Assembly: GCF_006345805.1 (NCBI RefSeq)
Contig: NC_043000.1
Coordinates: forward strand, 153,202,001-153,266,000
Length of the DNA stretch: 64,000 nucleotides
From: Octopus sinensis
Taxonomy: Eukaryota
Direction of reading: 5' to 3'
Positions 13,258 to 26,941 of the stretch are shown piece after piece; position 1 is the stretch's first letter, and every line of letters starts with the position of its first letter. The translations under genes and the position numbers were made by a program. The notes below the pieces were generated by a model. The model was not told the origin of the DNA. It saw only the letters and a list, made by a program, of their open reading frames with translations, and did no database searches.

Positions 13258-13260
<3 letters not shown>

Positions 13261-13490
13261 TTCTTTACTACCCACAAGGGGCTAAACACAGAGGGGACAA
13301 ACAAGGACAGACAAAGCGATTAAGTCGATTCCATCGACCCCAGTGCGTAAGTGGTACTTAATTTATCGACCCCGAAAGGATGAAAGGCAAAGTCGACCTC
13401 GGCGGAATTTGAACTCAGAACGTAACGGCAGACGAAATACGGCTACGCATTTCGCCCGGCGTGCTGACGTTTCTGCCAGCTCGCCGCCTT
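13258..13490 (-). mobile_element. SINE family C, full monomer
   Basis: Reverse complement reads aaggcggcgagctggcagaaacgtcagc...gagttcaaattcc...gcctttcatcctttcggggtcgataaattaagtacc...gtaaagaaata. Confidence 0.92.
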
Positions 13491-13516
13491 CACACACACA
13501 CACCACACACACACAC

Positions 13517-13574
<58 letters not shown>

Positions 13575-13579
13575 CTATA

Positions 13580-13648
<69 letters not shown>

Positions 13649-13992
13649 TGTGACATTGATGTGCCAGTGCCTTTAGAGCGTCGGATAGAATGCTTTGCAA
13701 TATTTCTTCGGGATCTCTGCACTGAGAGTTCAAATCTCGTGTACAATCACCTCTTCGCGGTGGGAAAACGGTGCATTCGAGATGCGGACAACAGTGACAG
13801 GCTTTCAATAGCAATAAGAGTAAATTGGCGATAGAGACAACGACTCGGTTGCGTTCGTGCAAAAGTGAGGATAGCCTGCTTTAAATCAGAATAAACCCTA
13901 GGACAGGAAAGCAAAAGAAAACAAAGACCAACGGGATCTCTAGCGTTAGCTAAACGTTGTGCTGTTTGGAACCATGTTTAAGATATATTAAA

Positions 13993-14390
13993 CTAGCAGT
14001 ATCGCCCGGCGTTGCTCGGATTTGTAAGGGAAATAACTATATAAGCATTTTTAGAGAGTTATAGCCAAAAAATAGCAAAAAAATGCATTAAAAATGGGAA
14101 AAAAATGATGGTAAATTTTTTTTTTAATCGTTGACTCATCGTAGACATTTTTAGAGAGTTACTTCCCTTATATAATAGCGAAAAATGCATTAAAATGGAA
14201 AAAAATTATGGTAAATTTTTTTTTAAATCGTAGACTCATCGTACACGCGCGCTAATACCCAGAAGGGCTCGATATGAATCACGACTATAAGATACCCGGT
14301 TTTGGTTAAACTGCACCGCAAAATGTGGGAGTAGTTAGGAATCTAAAATCGTAGGAGACAGACACACAACTTGACTTTTATATATAAAGA
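13993..14390 (-). mobile_element. non-autonomous Helitron
   Basis: Minus strand begins A|TCTTTATATATAAAAG and ends ccgagcaacgccgggcgatactgCTAG|T (subterminal hairpin plus CTAG, A/T target). Confidence 0.88.
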
Positions 14391-15145
14391 TTTTCTTCTA
14401 ATTTTCTCCTCGCCATTTGTATTTATGCACAGTCCTTTATAAAACTACTTTCTATTTGAATTTTCTTCCTTTTCACACCTACCTATCTTTTACTAGTTCG
14501 CATTAATTCGAGTTTAACACTCAATTGCAGTAATATAGAAGAACTTATGGTATATTTAATTATTCTGTTCGTCTTTTAATAAAGTATTGTGACAACAATC
14601 ACGCAGCACAGTGGGCCAAATAGAGTCTTAGATAAATTAAATTAGAGAAAATTCTCCGTTAAACGAGTCTGAAACTTGATTGGTACCATTTAACTGGTAG
14701 ACCTAAGCTGCGACAGTATACTCATTCGACTAATACTTTGCAGAAATACATGAACACATGAATTCATATTCTTTTCTTTATAATCCTTATGATTTTTGCC
14801 TTGACTTGGACTGCAGAAGCTATTATTTTTTTTATATGAGAGAATCGAAAAGGAGATACTACGAGTTTTGCAATGCACAGACAATTTGTCTGGTTTGTAA
14901 CTAACTGTGAAAACAATTAAATATATTTTAGTTAAGAGCTGGCATTTTGTGATTCTTCTTGGTTGTGCTTATTCTATTAATAACCACTGAATCTGTTGGG
15001 AGAGATATATACTTCTCCAGTGTTCTCAATGTAATAAAATTAATAACTATTGATGAATACAGGGTTAATAACTTTTGATGAATACCAGCTGTGCAACTGT
15101 GCATGGGATAAATATTATTTATTCTTGTTTTATAATAGACATTAT

Positions 15146-15560
15146 GGAGTGGCTGTGTGGCTGTGTGGTAAGTAGCTTGCTAACCAACCACATGATTCCG
15201 GGTTCAGTCCCACTGCGTGGCATCTTGGGCAAGTGTCTTCTGCTATAGCCCCGGGCCGACCAATGCCTTGTGAGTGGATTTGGTAGACAGAAACTGAAAC
15301 AAGCCTGTCGTATATATGTATATATATATGTGTGTGCGTGTATGTTTGTGTGTCTGTGTTTGTCCCCCTAGCATTGCTTGACAACCGATGCTGGTGTGTT
15401 TACGTCCCCGTCACTTAGCGGTTCGGCAAAAGAGTCCGATAGAATAAGTACTGGGCTTACAAAGAATAAGTCCCGGAGTCGATTTGCTCGACTAAAGGCG
15501 GTGCTCCAGCATGGCCACAGTCAAATGACTGAAACAAGTAAAAGATAAAAGATAAAAGAA
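15146..15560 (+). mobile_element. SINE family A
   Basis: Near-identical to the 8531 copy. Confidence 0.92.
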
Positions 15561-15664
15561 TTCTGGAACTGGAAAAAGATTTTCTCTTGCCGAATTTGGT
15601 CGTAATTTTGTTGTAAGTTCAAGCTTCATCATTTAACATTTCCATGTCAGTGTTATTAATTGAT

Positions 15665-15991
15665 GTGGAGGCGCAATGGCCCAGTGGTTAGGGCAGCGGA
15701 CTCGCGGTCATAGGATCGCGGTTTCGATTCCCAGACCGGGCGTTGTGAGCGTTTATTGAGCGAAAACACCTAAAGCTCCACGAGGCTCTTACTTCCTGTT
15801 TCTGTTGTACCTGTATTTCAAAGGGCCGGCCTTGTCACTCTCTGTGTCACGCTGAATATCCCCGAGAACTACGTTAAGGGTACACGTGTCTGTGGAGTGC
15901 TCAGCCACTTACACGTTAATTTCGCAAGCAGGCTGTTCCGTTGATTCGGATCAACCGGAACCCTCATCGTCGTAACCGACGGAGTGCTTCC
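15665..15991 (+). mobile_element. tRNA-derived SINE family B
   Basis: Head gtggaggcgcaaTGGCCCAGTGGttagggcagcggactcgcggtc...GGTTTCGATTCC with Pol III A and B boxes; 3 copies in the window. Confidence 0.9.
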
Positions 15992-16888
15992 AACATCTTT
16001 AGTAATCATTGAAAAGAAAGAAAGAAAGAAATAATAAAGATAAATTGTCAGCTAATACAACTTGTCACATCCACTCACCTTGCATAGAGTATAACACATG
16101 ATCCAAAATTTCCTCGATATAATTGTATTTCAAGAGATAAGCGGTTATTTTCTGTTTCATAGGAGTTATACAGAACTGAGAACAGTTTAAGAAAATTGAA
16201 TAATGAAGCACACACACACACACACAACACAGCAATGCAGTTAATATATGTTTGTACATAAACGCACAGGCACACATTATAAACAAATTGTAATGTGCCT
16301 CCATATTTATATATTTCAACAGAGTAATATCGGTTTCTGATTTGGGCACAATGCCAACAATTTTGAAGAGAAGTTAGTCGATACGATTGCATATGAGAAA
16401 GATACTTTATTTCCATTGAACTTGGAGAAATAAAAGAAAAAATTGACCACGACATGATTTGAACTAAGAGCGGAAGAAATACAGCAAAACATTTCTTATG
16501 ACACTATAAAATGTCTGCCAGTCCACCACACTTCATGAGAATAATATTAGCATGATATTATATACTTCCTCATACGTTTAATTTAATTACATTCATTATA
16601 ACAAGGGTGATCAAGTTACAATGGAAGTAGTGTTAAATTCCACATATTTTTATAACTTTTTTTCTTAATGCTATACAGTGTGTTTTCTTGTCTTCAGAAA
16701 TTTCTCATTGTGCATTAGTTTAGATTAGCTCTCACAGCACGAAGATAATAACTACTTTATAAAAACACCTTCTCAAATACATGTATCTATAAATATTACA
16801 TATGTATATTCCTCCGCAACAGCAACAAACCCGGCAAGAGCGAGAGCAATGTTTGTAAATAAATGGTCTTCAATATTTCAAGACTAAA

Positions 16889-16890
<2 letters not shown>

Positions 16891-16975
<85 letters not shown>
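16891..16975. repeat. (AC)n microsatellite
   Basis: Direct reading. Confidence 0.98.
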
Positions 16976-16977
<2 letters not shown>

Positions 16978-17702
16978 TACATACACACACACATGCATAT
17001 ATATACATATAAATATATATGAATATATACGCACACATATATTTATATATACATAGGCACGTACATATACCTCTATTATGCATACACATACACGCGCACA
17101 CATATACAGGCATACATGCATACATACATGAATACATACATACATACATACTGAACTCATGCGTTTCTGTGCAAATGTGTATCTTAATACTCATATGTGT
17201 GTATGAATTTAATAAACACAAATGTTTTTCGCATGTATAGATACACGCTCACATTCGTATATATGTGTGCGCGTTATGTGTGTGTGTCTGTGTACTTGTG
17301 CGTACGTATATGTTCGAGTTTCTCTCTGTGTGTATGCGTACTTTTCGTGTATGTGTGCTCGCGTATACGCATATATTTATCTATATACTTATGTATTTAT
17401 TATGCAAGTTAACTCCCCAGTGTTGGCAGAATAAATTAGGAATAAATATCTGATGAAAGTAAGCATGTCTGATGTTCCCACTACAGGTCCCTATGGGCAA
17501 CTACACAAGCAAACAGATGGTTTATTTATAGTATTCACTTAACTACGGCCCACCTTTTCTTTGCTTCTGCATGTGTGAATTGGGGAACACTTTTTTCACA
17601 GACCCAATAACAACTATACCACACACATAATGTAAACATCTTCATTTTACACATAAACATATATTACATGTGTATAAGTACCTCTCTCACCCTCTGCCTT
17701 TG

Positions 17703-17744
<42 letters not shown>

Positions 17745-17932
17745 GCGTGTGCATGTGTGTGCGCGTACGTGTATCTATGTTTTTATGTATGCATAAGTGT
17801 GCGTGTATGTATGTATGTATGTATGTGTATATATATATATATATAAACATGTATACACGCATATATCACTGCGAAGAGTCGTACAAGTAAACGTTCTTGT
17901 TTACACACACGCATATAATATAATATATAATG

Positions 17933-18004
<72 letters not shown>

Positions 18005-19284
18005 TGTGTATGTGTGTATATACAATATACACTTACATCACAACAAAAGCAAAAGTTAGGTTGGATTATATATCTGGATCTGAAAGTTGCGTGCAATCAG
18101 CGTAATCGTTCTCAGTATTTATGAGTAGATCGATAAATAATTGATAATGAGTGAATGAAAAAAATGCACACACTGTTTTTATAAGGCCACATGCCCGCTA
18201 ATATCCATTGCCATTCATCATATGGAAGGAGGGACTATCTTAAAATTTATAGGTACGATCCTATGCATTTGTCGGTAGTTCAAAGCAACTTGCTTAAATT
18301 ATTGCGTAACGAATATATAAACTTTCTCTGTGAGGCAGAGTTCGCATTTCCTGGATTGATGCTTTAAGCACTGGAGTGTCATGTAATGCTGGGAGTCTAA
18401 TATTTATACACCGATTTCTAAATATGTTTACAAAATGGAATATTGCGCTACAGTGTCAATGACGGTAGGAACAACTATGAATGTACCTACCGCTTTTTAA
18501 TGTATGCTACATGAATTCTCTGTCAGTGTTGTTTGTCGAAACGTTCGCATAAGCACAATGCTTTATTTTCAGGGTTTTACCCTTTATGGTCAGGGTTCTA
18601 TGTTTTGTCAACGGTACATAACTATTTTAGTTGCCAGACCTATAATCAGAGACATTCCAACCGTAGCCAACACATTTTCTTTTAAATAGGCAAGAACATA
18701 TTGCCCATTGTGTTCTCGTATGTTAAAACATAACGTAAGATCCGACAGCAATTTTGAAGAAATCAGTAACCACGTTGAGGAATTCTGCATAGTTGTAGCT
18801 CCACTGGAGTGTGTTTTTAAGGTTATTGAAAGCAGTGCAAATTAGTTATTACAAGTATACGCTGAATGTTAGTATCTATTTCTTTACTACCCACAAGGGG
18901 CTAAACACAGACCCGTTTCAAGGTTAAGGAGAAGCAAAGAGTGATATTATCTGTATAGGTTTGAGCGTGGGAGACTTCAATCACATGCTTAGGTGACTGT
19001 TATTGATCAGGGGTGAAATTGATTTTCTGCTACTAATAAATTTCCGAAGAGTTCGCTGCCTTGAAGTGACATTCGCTCTGAAGGTGCGAAGTGTAGAAGG
19101 TAGCCACGACAGGTACATAGTTCATCGATTCATTGGATATGTCCTTTTGGGCCAAACACGATAGACTGGCAAATTCTGATATTATATATATATCTATCTA
19201 CCCTATACAATGGAATGAGCTTTATAACTGATAATGTTGGCATTATGTAAAATTCATTTTCATTAGCTTTACATCTCCTACATT

Positions 19285-19600
<316 letters not shown>

Positions 19601-20587
19601 GCCTGTCTATCTGTCTCTCTGTCTGGCTGATTGCCTGTATGTATGTCTGCCTACCGGTCTACCTGTCTACCTGCCTGTCTGTCTTTCTATCTATTTATCT
19701 ATCTATCAATACACACAAGAATTTTATATGCTTTCGAGAGAACGTGAACTAATTCTCTTTTGGAATATCTCGAAGCAGACACTTAAACCTATAAATAATA
19801 ACATCATGTAAGTATTGGGTTAAAAACTCTTTTAGATAGAAAATATCGACTTCATTTGTGTGCTTCGATATATTCCCAAAAAGAATATGTGTGTGCATGT
19901 GTGCGTGTGTGTGATTGTGTGTGTGTGTGTGCATGTGTACGTGTGTGTGTGTGTGCTTTATAATTTCAGAAGTTGTATTTCTCTGGCAAATGACTTGATC
20001 TAAAGCTGAATTGAAATAAATATTTTTAACAATTTAGAGATACAAAAGATTGAAATTTCATCATCTCGTATTTCAAGAGGCATCGAGAATATTTCCACTG
20101 CACAAATCCTGTCTAGTCATTGTGACACTTTCACAGTAAAGCATGAAAGTTAGTTAATGGCCAGTGCTTAAAGGCCTCAGGGTATCTTTCATATTCTGGG
20201 TCTGCTGTATTCATGTTAGATTTTGACCTCTTGGCATCTGTCACTGTAAAGTCATTGGTAGTTACTTCCGGGTTACGTTGTTCTGTCTGATAACAGTTTT
20301 ATATCATCCTTCCGTCTTTTCTATATTTTTAAAGAGCTTTTTCTTCTTTTTCTTTTTGGTGGCCAGTTTTGAATGGATCAATTCCTCGTTCGATAAATGT
20401 AAATGTAAGTGATTTCCATATATCTTTAGTACAAGGTTATGGAAAAAAATGGTTTCGGGTTTGATGACTAAATTATTATTTAGAGGTTGTTAAAATGAAG
20501 AAGTACATAAGCTAATGAAAAATTAATGTCGGTAAGCTTTTATGCGGGTATCTATATCAGTTTACAACTATACACATCATACAAGCA

Positions 20588-20656
<69 letters not shown>

Positions 20657-20979
20657 AGCATACACAACACACACACACACACACACAAACACTCACACAC
20701 ACATACACACAATTACTGCTATTTTCTGCGGTTAGGTATCTACCATTGACAAGGCCAAAAGAGGCCGAAATTACGTGACCTGGTAGTCCTGGCAGCGGAA
20801 GTAGCAGTGACTGTTTGTCGTTGGCGATAGCTATGATGACCTTTCATGCATCCAAAAATCATAGTCTTTATCCCTTGGTAAATATCGCACTTTTAAGTGA
20901 TGAATATTTTACCTTTTGGTATTAATACTGCTCCTGTCTATCTGTCTGTCTGTCTCTCTTTCTCTCTCTCTCTCTCTCG

Positions 20980-21011
<32 letters not shown>

Positions 21012-21225
21012 GTGTGTGTATGTGTGTGTGTGTGTGTGTATGTATATGTATGTACACGCATACACGTTTAAATATAAGCAAACACATATATGCACGTATA
21101 CAAACATTTTTAAATACCTATATACATTAACAGAATTTCGCGGTTACACACACAAAAATACACACATACATACACGCATTGTGACCAACATCTGATAGTC
21201 TGGTCGGTCACGTGATCACGTAATA

Positions 21226-21660
21226 TCTATATATATAAAACTCAACTTGTATGTCTGTGTGTGTATCTGTGTGTGTGTGTGTGTGTTTAACTTCCCGGCA
21301 CATCTCCTCCTAGCCAACAAATCGTAGAACCACCAAAAATGGGTCACTTAAAGTTTAGGCGAATGAAAATTGAACTGCACTATTTCTGTTCCGAAATTCA
21401 TATCGCAAGTGCAAAAATCGATAATGTGTTTGTTTAGGCCTTATCCCATGCATTGAATAGTGAACTTTACTCAGTCAGCTGTTTGGCGTGAACTGTGTTC
21501 ACCACGCGTGCAAGCATGCGTAAATTGCATAAAAAAATCAAGATATAAAAACGAATCGCCGTAAACATTGTAGAAATTCGGCAAAGAAATGAATTTTCGG
21601 GATGTAACCTGGACGGTTTTTTTCGTATTAATCGTTTGGACTTTGTGAACACATACCAAT
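21226..21660 (+). mobile_element. non-autonomous Helitron family H1, 5' portion
   Basis: A|TCTATATATATAAAACTC start; closely matches 46374-46811; own 3' end absent. Confidence 0.85.
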
Positions 21661-21661
21661 A

Positions 21662-22030
21662 TCTATATATATAAAGCTGAAGTTGTCTGTGTATGGCAGG
21701 TTTGGTAGCCTTCAACTAACACTATCTCCCCCGAGACCCTGCGGCGCAAGTTGACCAAAATTGAGAGTATGATAGAAGAAGGCTAGCTCTTTCTTCTGTA
21801 GAAGAAAAAATTCAAATCGGACCATTTTAACACCAAAAATTATTTACATCAAAAAGGTGCTTTTTTTTCCTATGAAAATCCCTATTTTTTTACGATTTTT
21901 TGACTGTCGCCATTTTTCGTGTATTTCAACCAGAAAAATGTTCACGTAAAGAGAATAACAAGCTACATAATGCAAAATTTTTACTTTTCAAAAATTCCAA
22001 TTCTAAAGCAACGCCGGGTGATACTGCTAG
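21662..22030 (+). mobile_element. non-autonomous Helitron family H2
   Basis: A|TCTATATATATAAAGCTG start; ends gcaacgccgggtgatactgCTAG|T. Confidence 0.88.
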
Positions 22031-22031
22031 T

Positions 22032-22079
<48 letters not shown>

Positions 22080-22475
22080 AGGCTATAAGAGTTAATGGTG
22101 TCATTGAGACCCAAAGGTGTCAGGTACTTTCCCTTATCTATATATTTGTTTTTCTTTTTTCATTCTCTCCTTTATTCCTCTCTTCCTGTTTTCGATTTGA
22201 CCCTACTAATACATTCCCTACTTTTAGGTCACTTTAAATAAAACCCTTGACTCAATAACACTGTGTATAAACTTTATACTTGGAATGACCAGTTTTAAAT
22301 TCTCTTGGATTTTACTCACAAGGTACTGGAATCTTATATGTGTACCATTCTGCTTAAAAAATGGATCTACGAATACAATACCTCTACATATCTCACATCT
22401 ATTTTCATTCCTCCACCTCACTCTCTATTTCGTATCTTATCTAAATTAACTATTGCTTAACCATCCTCTCACACC

Positions 22476-22523
22476 GTTTCCGATGAAGGGATATAGTAAA
22501 TATCCTGGAAAGAGCTGTAAGAC
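22476..22523 (+). ncRNA. type-I hammerhead-ribozyme-like motif (degenerate)
   Basis: GTTT-CCGATGA-A-GGGATAT agtaa ATATCCT-G-GAAA-GAGCTG-TA-AGAC; stems I and II pair; U4C and one stem III mismatch. Confidence 0.6.
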
Positions 22524-22782
22524 CTATCTATAAATGTTTTATAATCTACACAGACTTGTTTTTTTTTTATCGCATTACGAAAAAAAATTTTATATATATA
22601 TAATGCAATAAGGTTTATAATGCATATATAACTTTCGGCAATTACCAGCTGCTAGTGATGCACCGAAAAACTAAAGTAAATTCTTATAGAGCCTGTTCAT
22701 TCCATTTTCTCGTATTAAAATTCCTTTGTATAAATTCTGCGAATACTTGCGGATTACCACTTGTATATCCAGTAAAACTATA

Positions 22783-22825
<43 letters not shown>

Positions 22826-22942
22826 GTGCGTGCGTGCGTGTGTTTGTGTGTGGGTAGGTATGAGTATAATGTATTAGAAGAGCTTCCAACAGTTTTAACA
22901 CCCAAAACGTATGTTTATTAATTTTCAGCACGCGTCAATCTC

Positions 22943-23007
<65 letters not shown>

Positions 23008-23358
23008 CTCTCATAAACGTCTGGAGATATATTCAAAAACCGGAGGTCTGTTTATATATTATTTGCTGTGTATATTTAATTTCTTTTAATAAGGAACAGC
23101 AGGGGAAGTGTCGTAATGATGATATACGACATCGGACTCAATCAAGACAAGTCTGCGCATTTAACAATTGAAGTGAAAGAAGATTTTTTTATTTGATAGA
23201 AAGATTGAAGGTCAAGGATTTCGAATGCTTGTTATGGCGAATCTTCCATGACACAATCCATCGGCTAATTGTCTTTTTATGCTCTGCCGACCCAACAACA
23301 ATATATTACTGAATTATTCTGAATTAAATATTAATAAATATGCTACCTTCACGAACAC

Positions 23359-23390
<32 letters not shown>

Positions 23391-23420
23391 TACAAATATG
23401 CGTGTAAGAGGGAGAGAGAG

Positions 23421-23469
<49 letters not shown>

Positions 23470-23963
23470 CTCCATAATCCCATGCGCACAAACATATTCT
23501 GATGCCGTCTTATGAAAAAAGGGCGTTTATCTGTTTGATGCAAGACGTCATTTAACCACACTGCAAATGTTTTCCTAAAATATATTGCAACAGCTGCAAT
23601 AGTAACGAGGACAAATGGGTGCACGACACAGATCTGTATGAATGTAACAGCATAATAATAATACTGACAACTTCTGCCGAAAAACCACAATAATGTTATT
23701 AGTAAAAACCATTTAAGCAATATATGTACGTACTTGTGTTGCTTTACAGTTATCTAATTGTCAATCTATTTATCTGCCTATCTATCCGCCAGCCTGTCCG
23801 TTTTCCAATCTCTCTTCCTCTCTCTCTCTCCTTGTTTGTGTGTGTGCGTTTTTGTGTAGGTATCACCTGACTGACGTTTCTATCTTGCTTGAACAAAAAT
23901 GTGCTATGAATGTAAACATACGCGTGTGTTGATGCATTATCTTACCTGGGCTCATATGCAAGC

Positions 23964-24002
<39 letters not shown>

Positions 24003-24098
24003 TAGAGACAAACCACTATATGCAAATCAAACAAAGAAAGACTTAAGCCAATACATAAATATAAAATAATTTATAAAATTAAAATTTAACAAATGAAT

Positions 24099-24150
24099 AA
24101 CCACTACGATCGTTTCGTGTCAGCACATCTTAGACATTCTTCAGGTGGTT
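24099..24150 (-). ncRNA. type-I hammerhead ribozyme
   Basis: Minus strand AACCAC-CTGAAGA-aTGTC taagatgtgct GACAc-GAAA-CGATCG-TA-GTGGTT: intact core, 6-bp stem I, palindromic stem III, GUA cleavage triplet. Confidence 0.85.
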
Positions 24151-24543
24151 TCTAAACCTAATATAAAATATAATCAATATTTTACGATATAAATATCTAT
24201 ATAATCTAAATAAACTCTATTATTAAATATGATTATATCGAAATCGACTATAATGTTAAATATTAACTTTAATTTATAAGGTAGAAAAATCATATGCTAA
24301 TATCCATTTTAGTCTATATCTACTTATATAGATATTTGAAATAACTAATATATATAAATTATCAATGAAAAAATATAAAAATATTATAATCAAGATCTAA
24401 AATAGACTCTATAAACAATTGTATATAATGAAAGCCTAATATATTTAATTTCAAAATATTTAAGAAATAATATATATATATATATATGTAAAAGAGAAGT
24501 TTGAAAACGCCGCTATATTAGATAAATTTTAATTTTCTTATGA

Positions 24544-24588
24544 ATTTTACATGTTTCGGTTCTTGAAAAAACGAACCTTATCAAAAAT
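24544..24588 (-). ncRNA. type-I hammerhead ribozyme, U3-A8 core variant
   Basis: Minus strand ATTT-TTGATAA-GGTTC gttttttcaa GAACC-GAAA-CATG-TA-AAAT. Confidence 0.7.
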
Positions 24589-24894
24589 ATTATACAAAGT
24601 GAAAATTGAAAAGTTCATAATCGTTTCTTACTATTCTCAATAAAATCCATGTGGTGGTGTTTTGTCGGTAGTTGGTATATTCGCTATATTCCTGTTGGGT
24701 GTATTGAAGAAGTCCATTATTGTTTCTTGCTGGTATTGAAAGGAACCGCTTTTTTGTTACCTTGTGTTCCAATGGTAGCAACAGTAGTGATTGATGGTCG
24801 TCGTAGTTGGTCGTAATTTTGGCAACCTTGGTGGTGGTTGGGGTTTGTAGTAGAGGGCTGTTGATCGTAGCAACATATATATATATTCCTTATG

Positions 24895-25064
24895 ATGGAT
24901 CGCTAGCCACTACACACACTTTATTTTCTCTCCTTGTTTCTCTTTGTGGAAGAGCGTAGGCTCGAAACGTTAAAGACTTTTTCACTTCCCGAGCGTTAAA
25001 CTAATACATTTGTTTGTTACTACACCTCTTGTCCTCGTCTTCTGTTTTTGTTTTTGTGAATTCT

Positions 25065-25070
<6 letters not shown>
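24895..25070 (+). mobile_element. short repeat family D with hammerhead-like motif, ends in (TA)n
   Basis: gctagccactacac...ttgtggaagagcgtaggctcgaaacgttaaagac...gaattctccctata; homologous to 36628 (minus) and 61803. Confidence 0.8.
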
Positions 25071-25116
<46 letters not shown>

Positions 25117-26168
25117 GTATATGCATACATGTATCTTAACACCACATCGACCACGCACAGGCATATGTAATTTAACTTCCGTTAAAGTCAAAGAATGTGT
25201 TCAATAACCAATTATATTTGTATATATATATCCTTTTATATTTTACTTCTTTCAGTCACTGCATGAGGGCGTCTTAGAGGGTTTCCTTGAAGAGGTTTAA
25301 TCGATCATTGACACCAGTATTATTTTCAAAGTATGATACTTATCTTGTCGAACCGCTAGGCTCTGGTGAAACAGAAAATCAAAGTAAAGAATTTACAGAA
25401 TTACGGTTCCTGCCTCGTAGGTGTCTTCTCTATAATAAAATGAGCTTCTCTGAATATTTTCTAATCTCACATGGAATTTCATTAGTAGCAATCTCGAATA
25501 TTCCATTTCTTATCCACAAGCCTAATGTGGGACCTACATCTTACATGAAACTGTTGGTAACCTGCATATGAATAATTGTGATATACTTATTATAGTGTAA
25601 ATACTGCACTTACCTAAATTATATTTTCTCCCTGCTTGTTGAATTGTATAACGTAATACAAACATAGTCTCCCCGATTGAGGGTTTATTGCCGCTTATTG
25701 TTACACATTGTAGATTGGACGTACTAGTGATAGTATTCGAGTGCTGCGCTTATACAAGTGTATTTCCTAGCCCAAAGAATCTTTTCGATACTGACTACTC
25801 AGTTAGGAATGCACCAACACCACTCAACAAGGTCTACACTAACCTAATACTTGAAAAGGTTGAGGAAGTTGTAAAAAGTTTGTACCATTTTGTGTCGTCG
25901 GCAGAGTTGGTAAGCGTGGCTGTCTGCGTAACTGATGGCATATCCTAGAGAGCTACCATAAACAGCAGCGGCTCCAGTACAGTTCCCTGAGTCATTCCAC
26001 TCTCTATCACTCTCCTTGGAGAGGGTCACATTCGCTGCCATCGCCTGGCTTTTGTCTGTTAGGGAGTCATGTAACCACTGTCACAGTTTTCTTACTCTGC
26101 CGAATCTCCGTACATTGTGACATATCATTCCATGATAAATCTTATCAAAGGCTTTTGCAAAACCGAGA

Positions 26169-26567
26169 TACTCTTTACTCTTTTACTTGTTTCAGTCATT
26201 TGACTGCGGCCATGCTGGAGCACCGCCTTTAGTCGAGCAACTCGACACCGGGGCTTATTCTTTGTAAGCCCAGTACTTATTCTATCGGTCTCTTTTTGCC
26301 GAACCGCTAAGTGACGGGGACGTAAACACACCAGCATCGGTTGTCAAGCGATGTTGGGGGGTACAAACACAGACACACAAACACTTACACATACATATAT
26401 ATATACATATATACGACAGGCTTCTTTCAGTTTCCGTCTACCAAATCCACTCACAAGGCATTGGTCGGCCCGGGGCTATAGCAGAAGACACTTGCCCAAG
26501 ATGCCACGCAGTGGGACTGAACCCGGAAACATGTGGTTGGTTAGCAAGCTACTTACCACACAGCCAC
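26169..26567 (-). mobile_element. SINE family A
   Basis: Reverse complement of the family A consensus. Confidence 0.92.
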
Positions 26568-26869
26568 CACATCTATATATATATTGAGAGACAGAGGCGA
26601 AGAAGGAGAGATAGAGAGAGGGGATAGAAGGAGAGATAGAGAGAGAGGGAGGGAGAGACTGAGAGAGAGAGAGAGAGAGAGAGAGTAAGATACAAGGCTG
26701 TAGATGTATACGTATTTTAAAGGACCAGATCAATTCCAATGAGCACACATATGTCCAAAGTATTCCAGCCGTGACCAGTCTGTTCTTTGGACGTTTTTAG
26801 AAGTACATTATATATTTTGTTCTCTTCTATATTTTAAGACGGAAGAGGAGCTTGTGGAGAGAAATTCTT

Positions 26870-26941
<72 letters not shown>

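Larger units (their letters stand above)
23998..24870 (-). mobile_element. AT-rich element with two hammerheads between (TA)n tracts; probable Penelope-like terminal repeat or non-autonomous derivative
   Basis: Contains the motifs at 24099 and 24544; terminus aaattagagacaaaccactat resembles 54168. Confidence 0.55.

Noticed and set aside
14608-14630. CACAGTGGG Transib-like terminus
   Set aside because: No matching opposite TIR or TSD found.
15665-15740. Possible tRNA gene
   Set aside because: A and B boxes are present but no acceptor stem closes, and the sequence runs into a repeated SINE body.
18500-18815. Possible PIF1/Helitron helicase remnant (IVVAP-TGV with frameshift)
   Set aside because: Requires an assumed frameshift and has no properly spaced Walker A.
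25600-26120. Possible piggyBac-like coding remnant (KWYKLF) on the minus strand
   Set aside because: Only one short motif; no TTAA/TIR or catalytic residues recognised.
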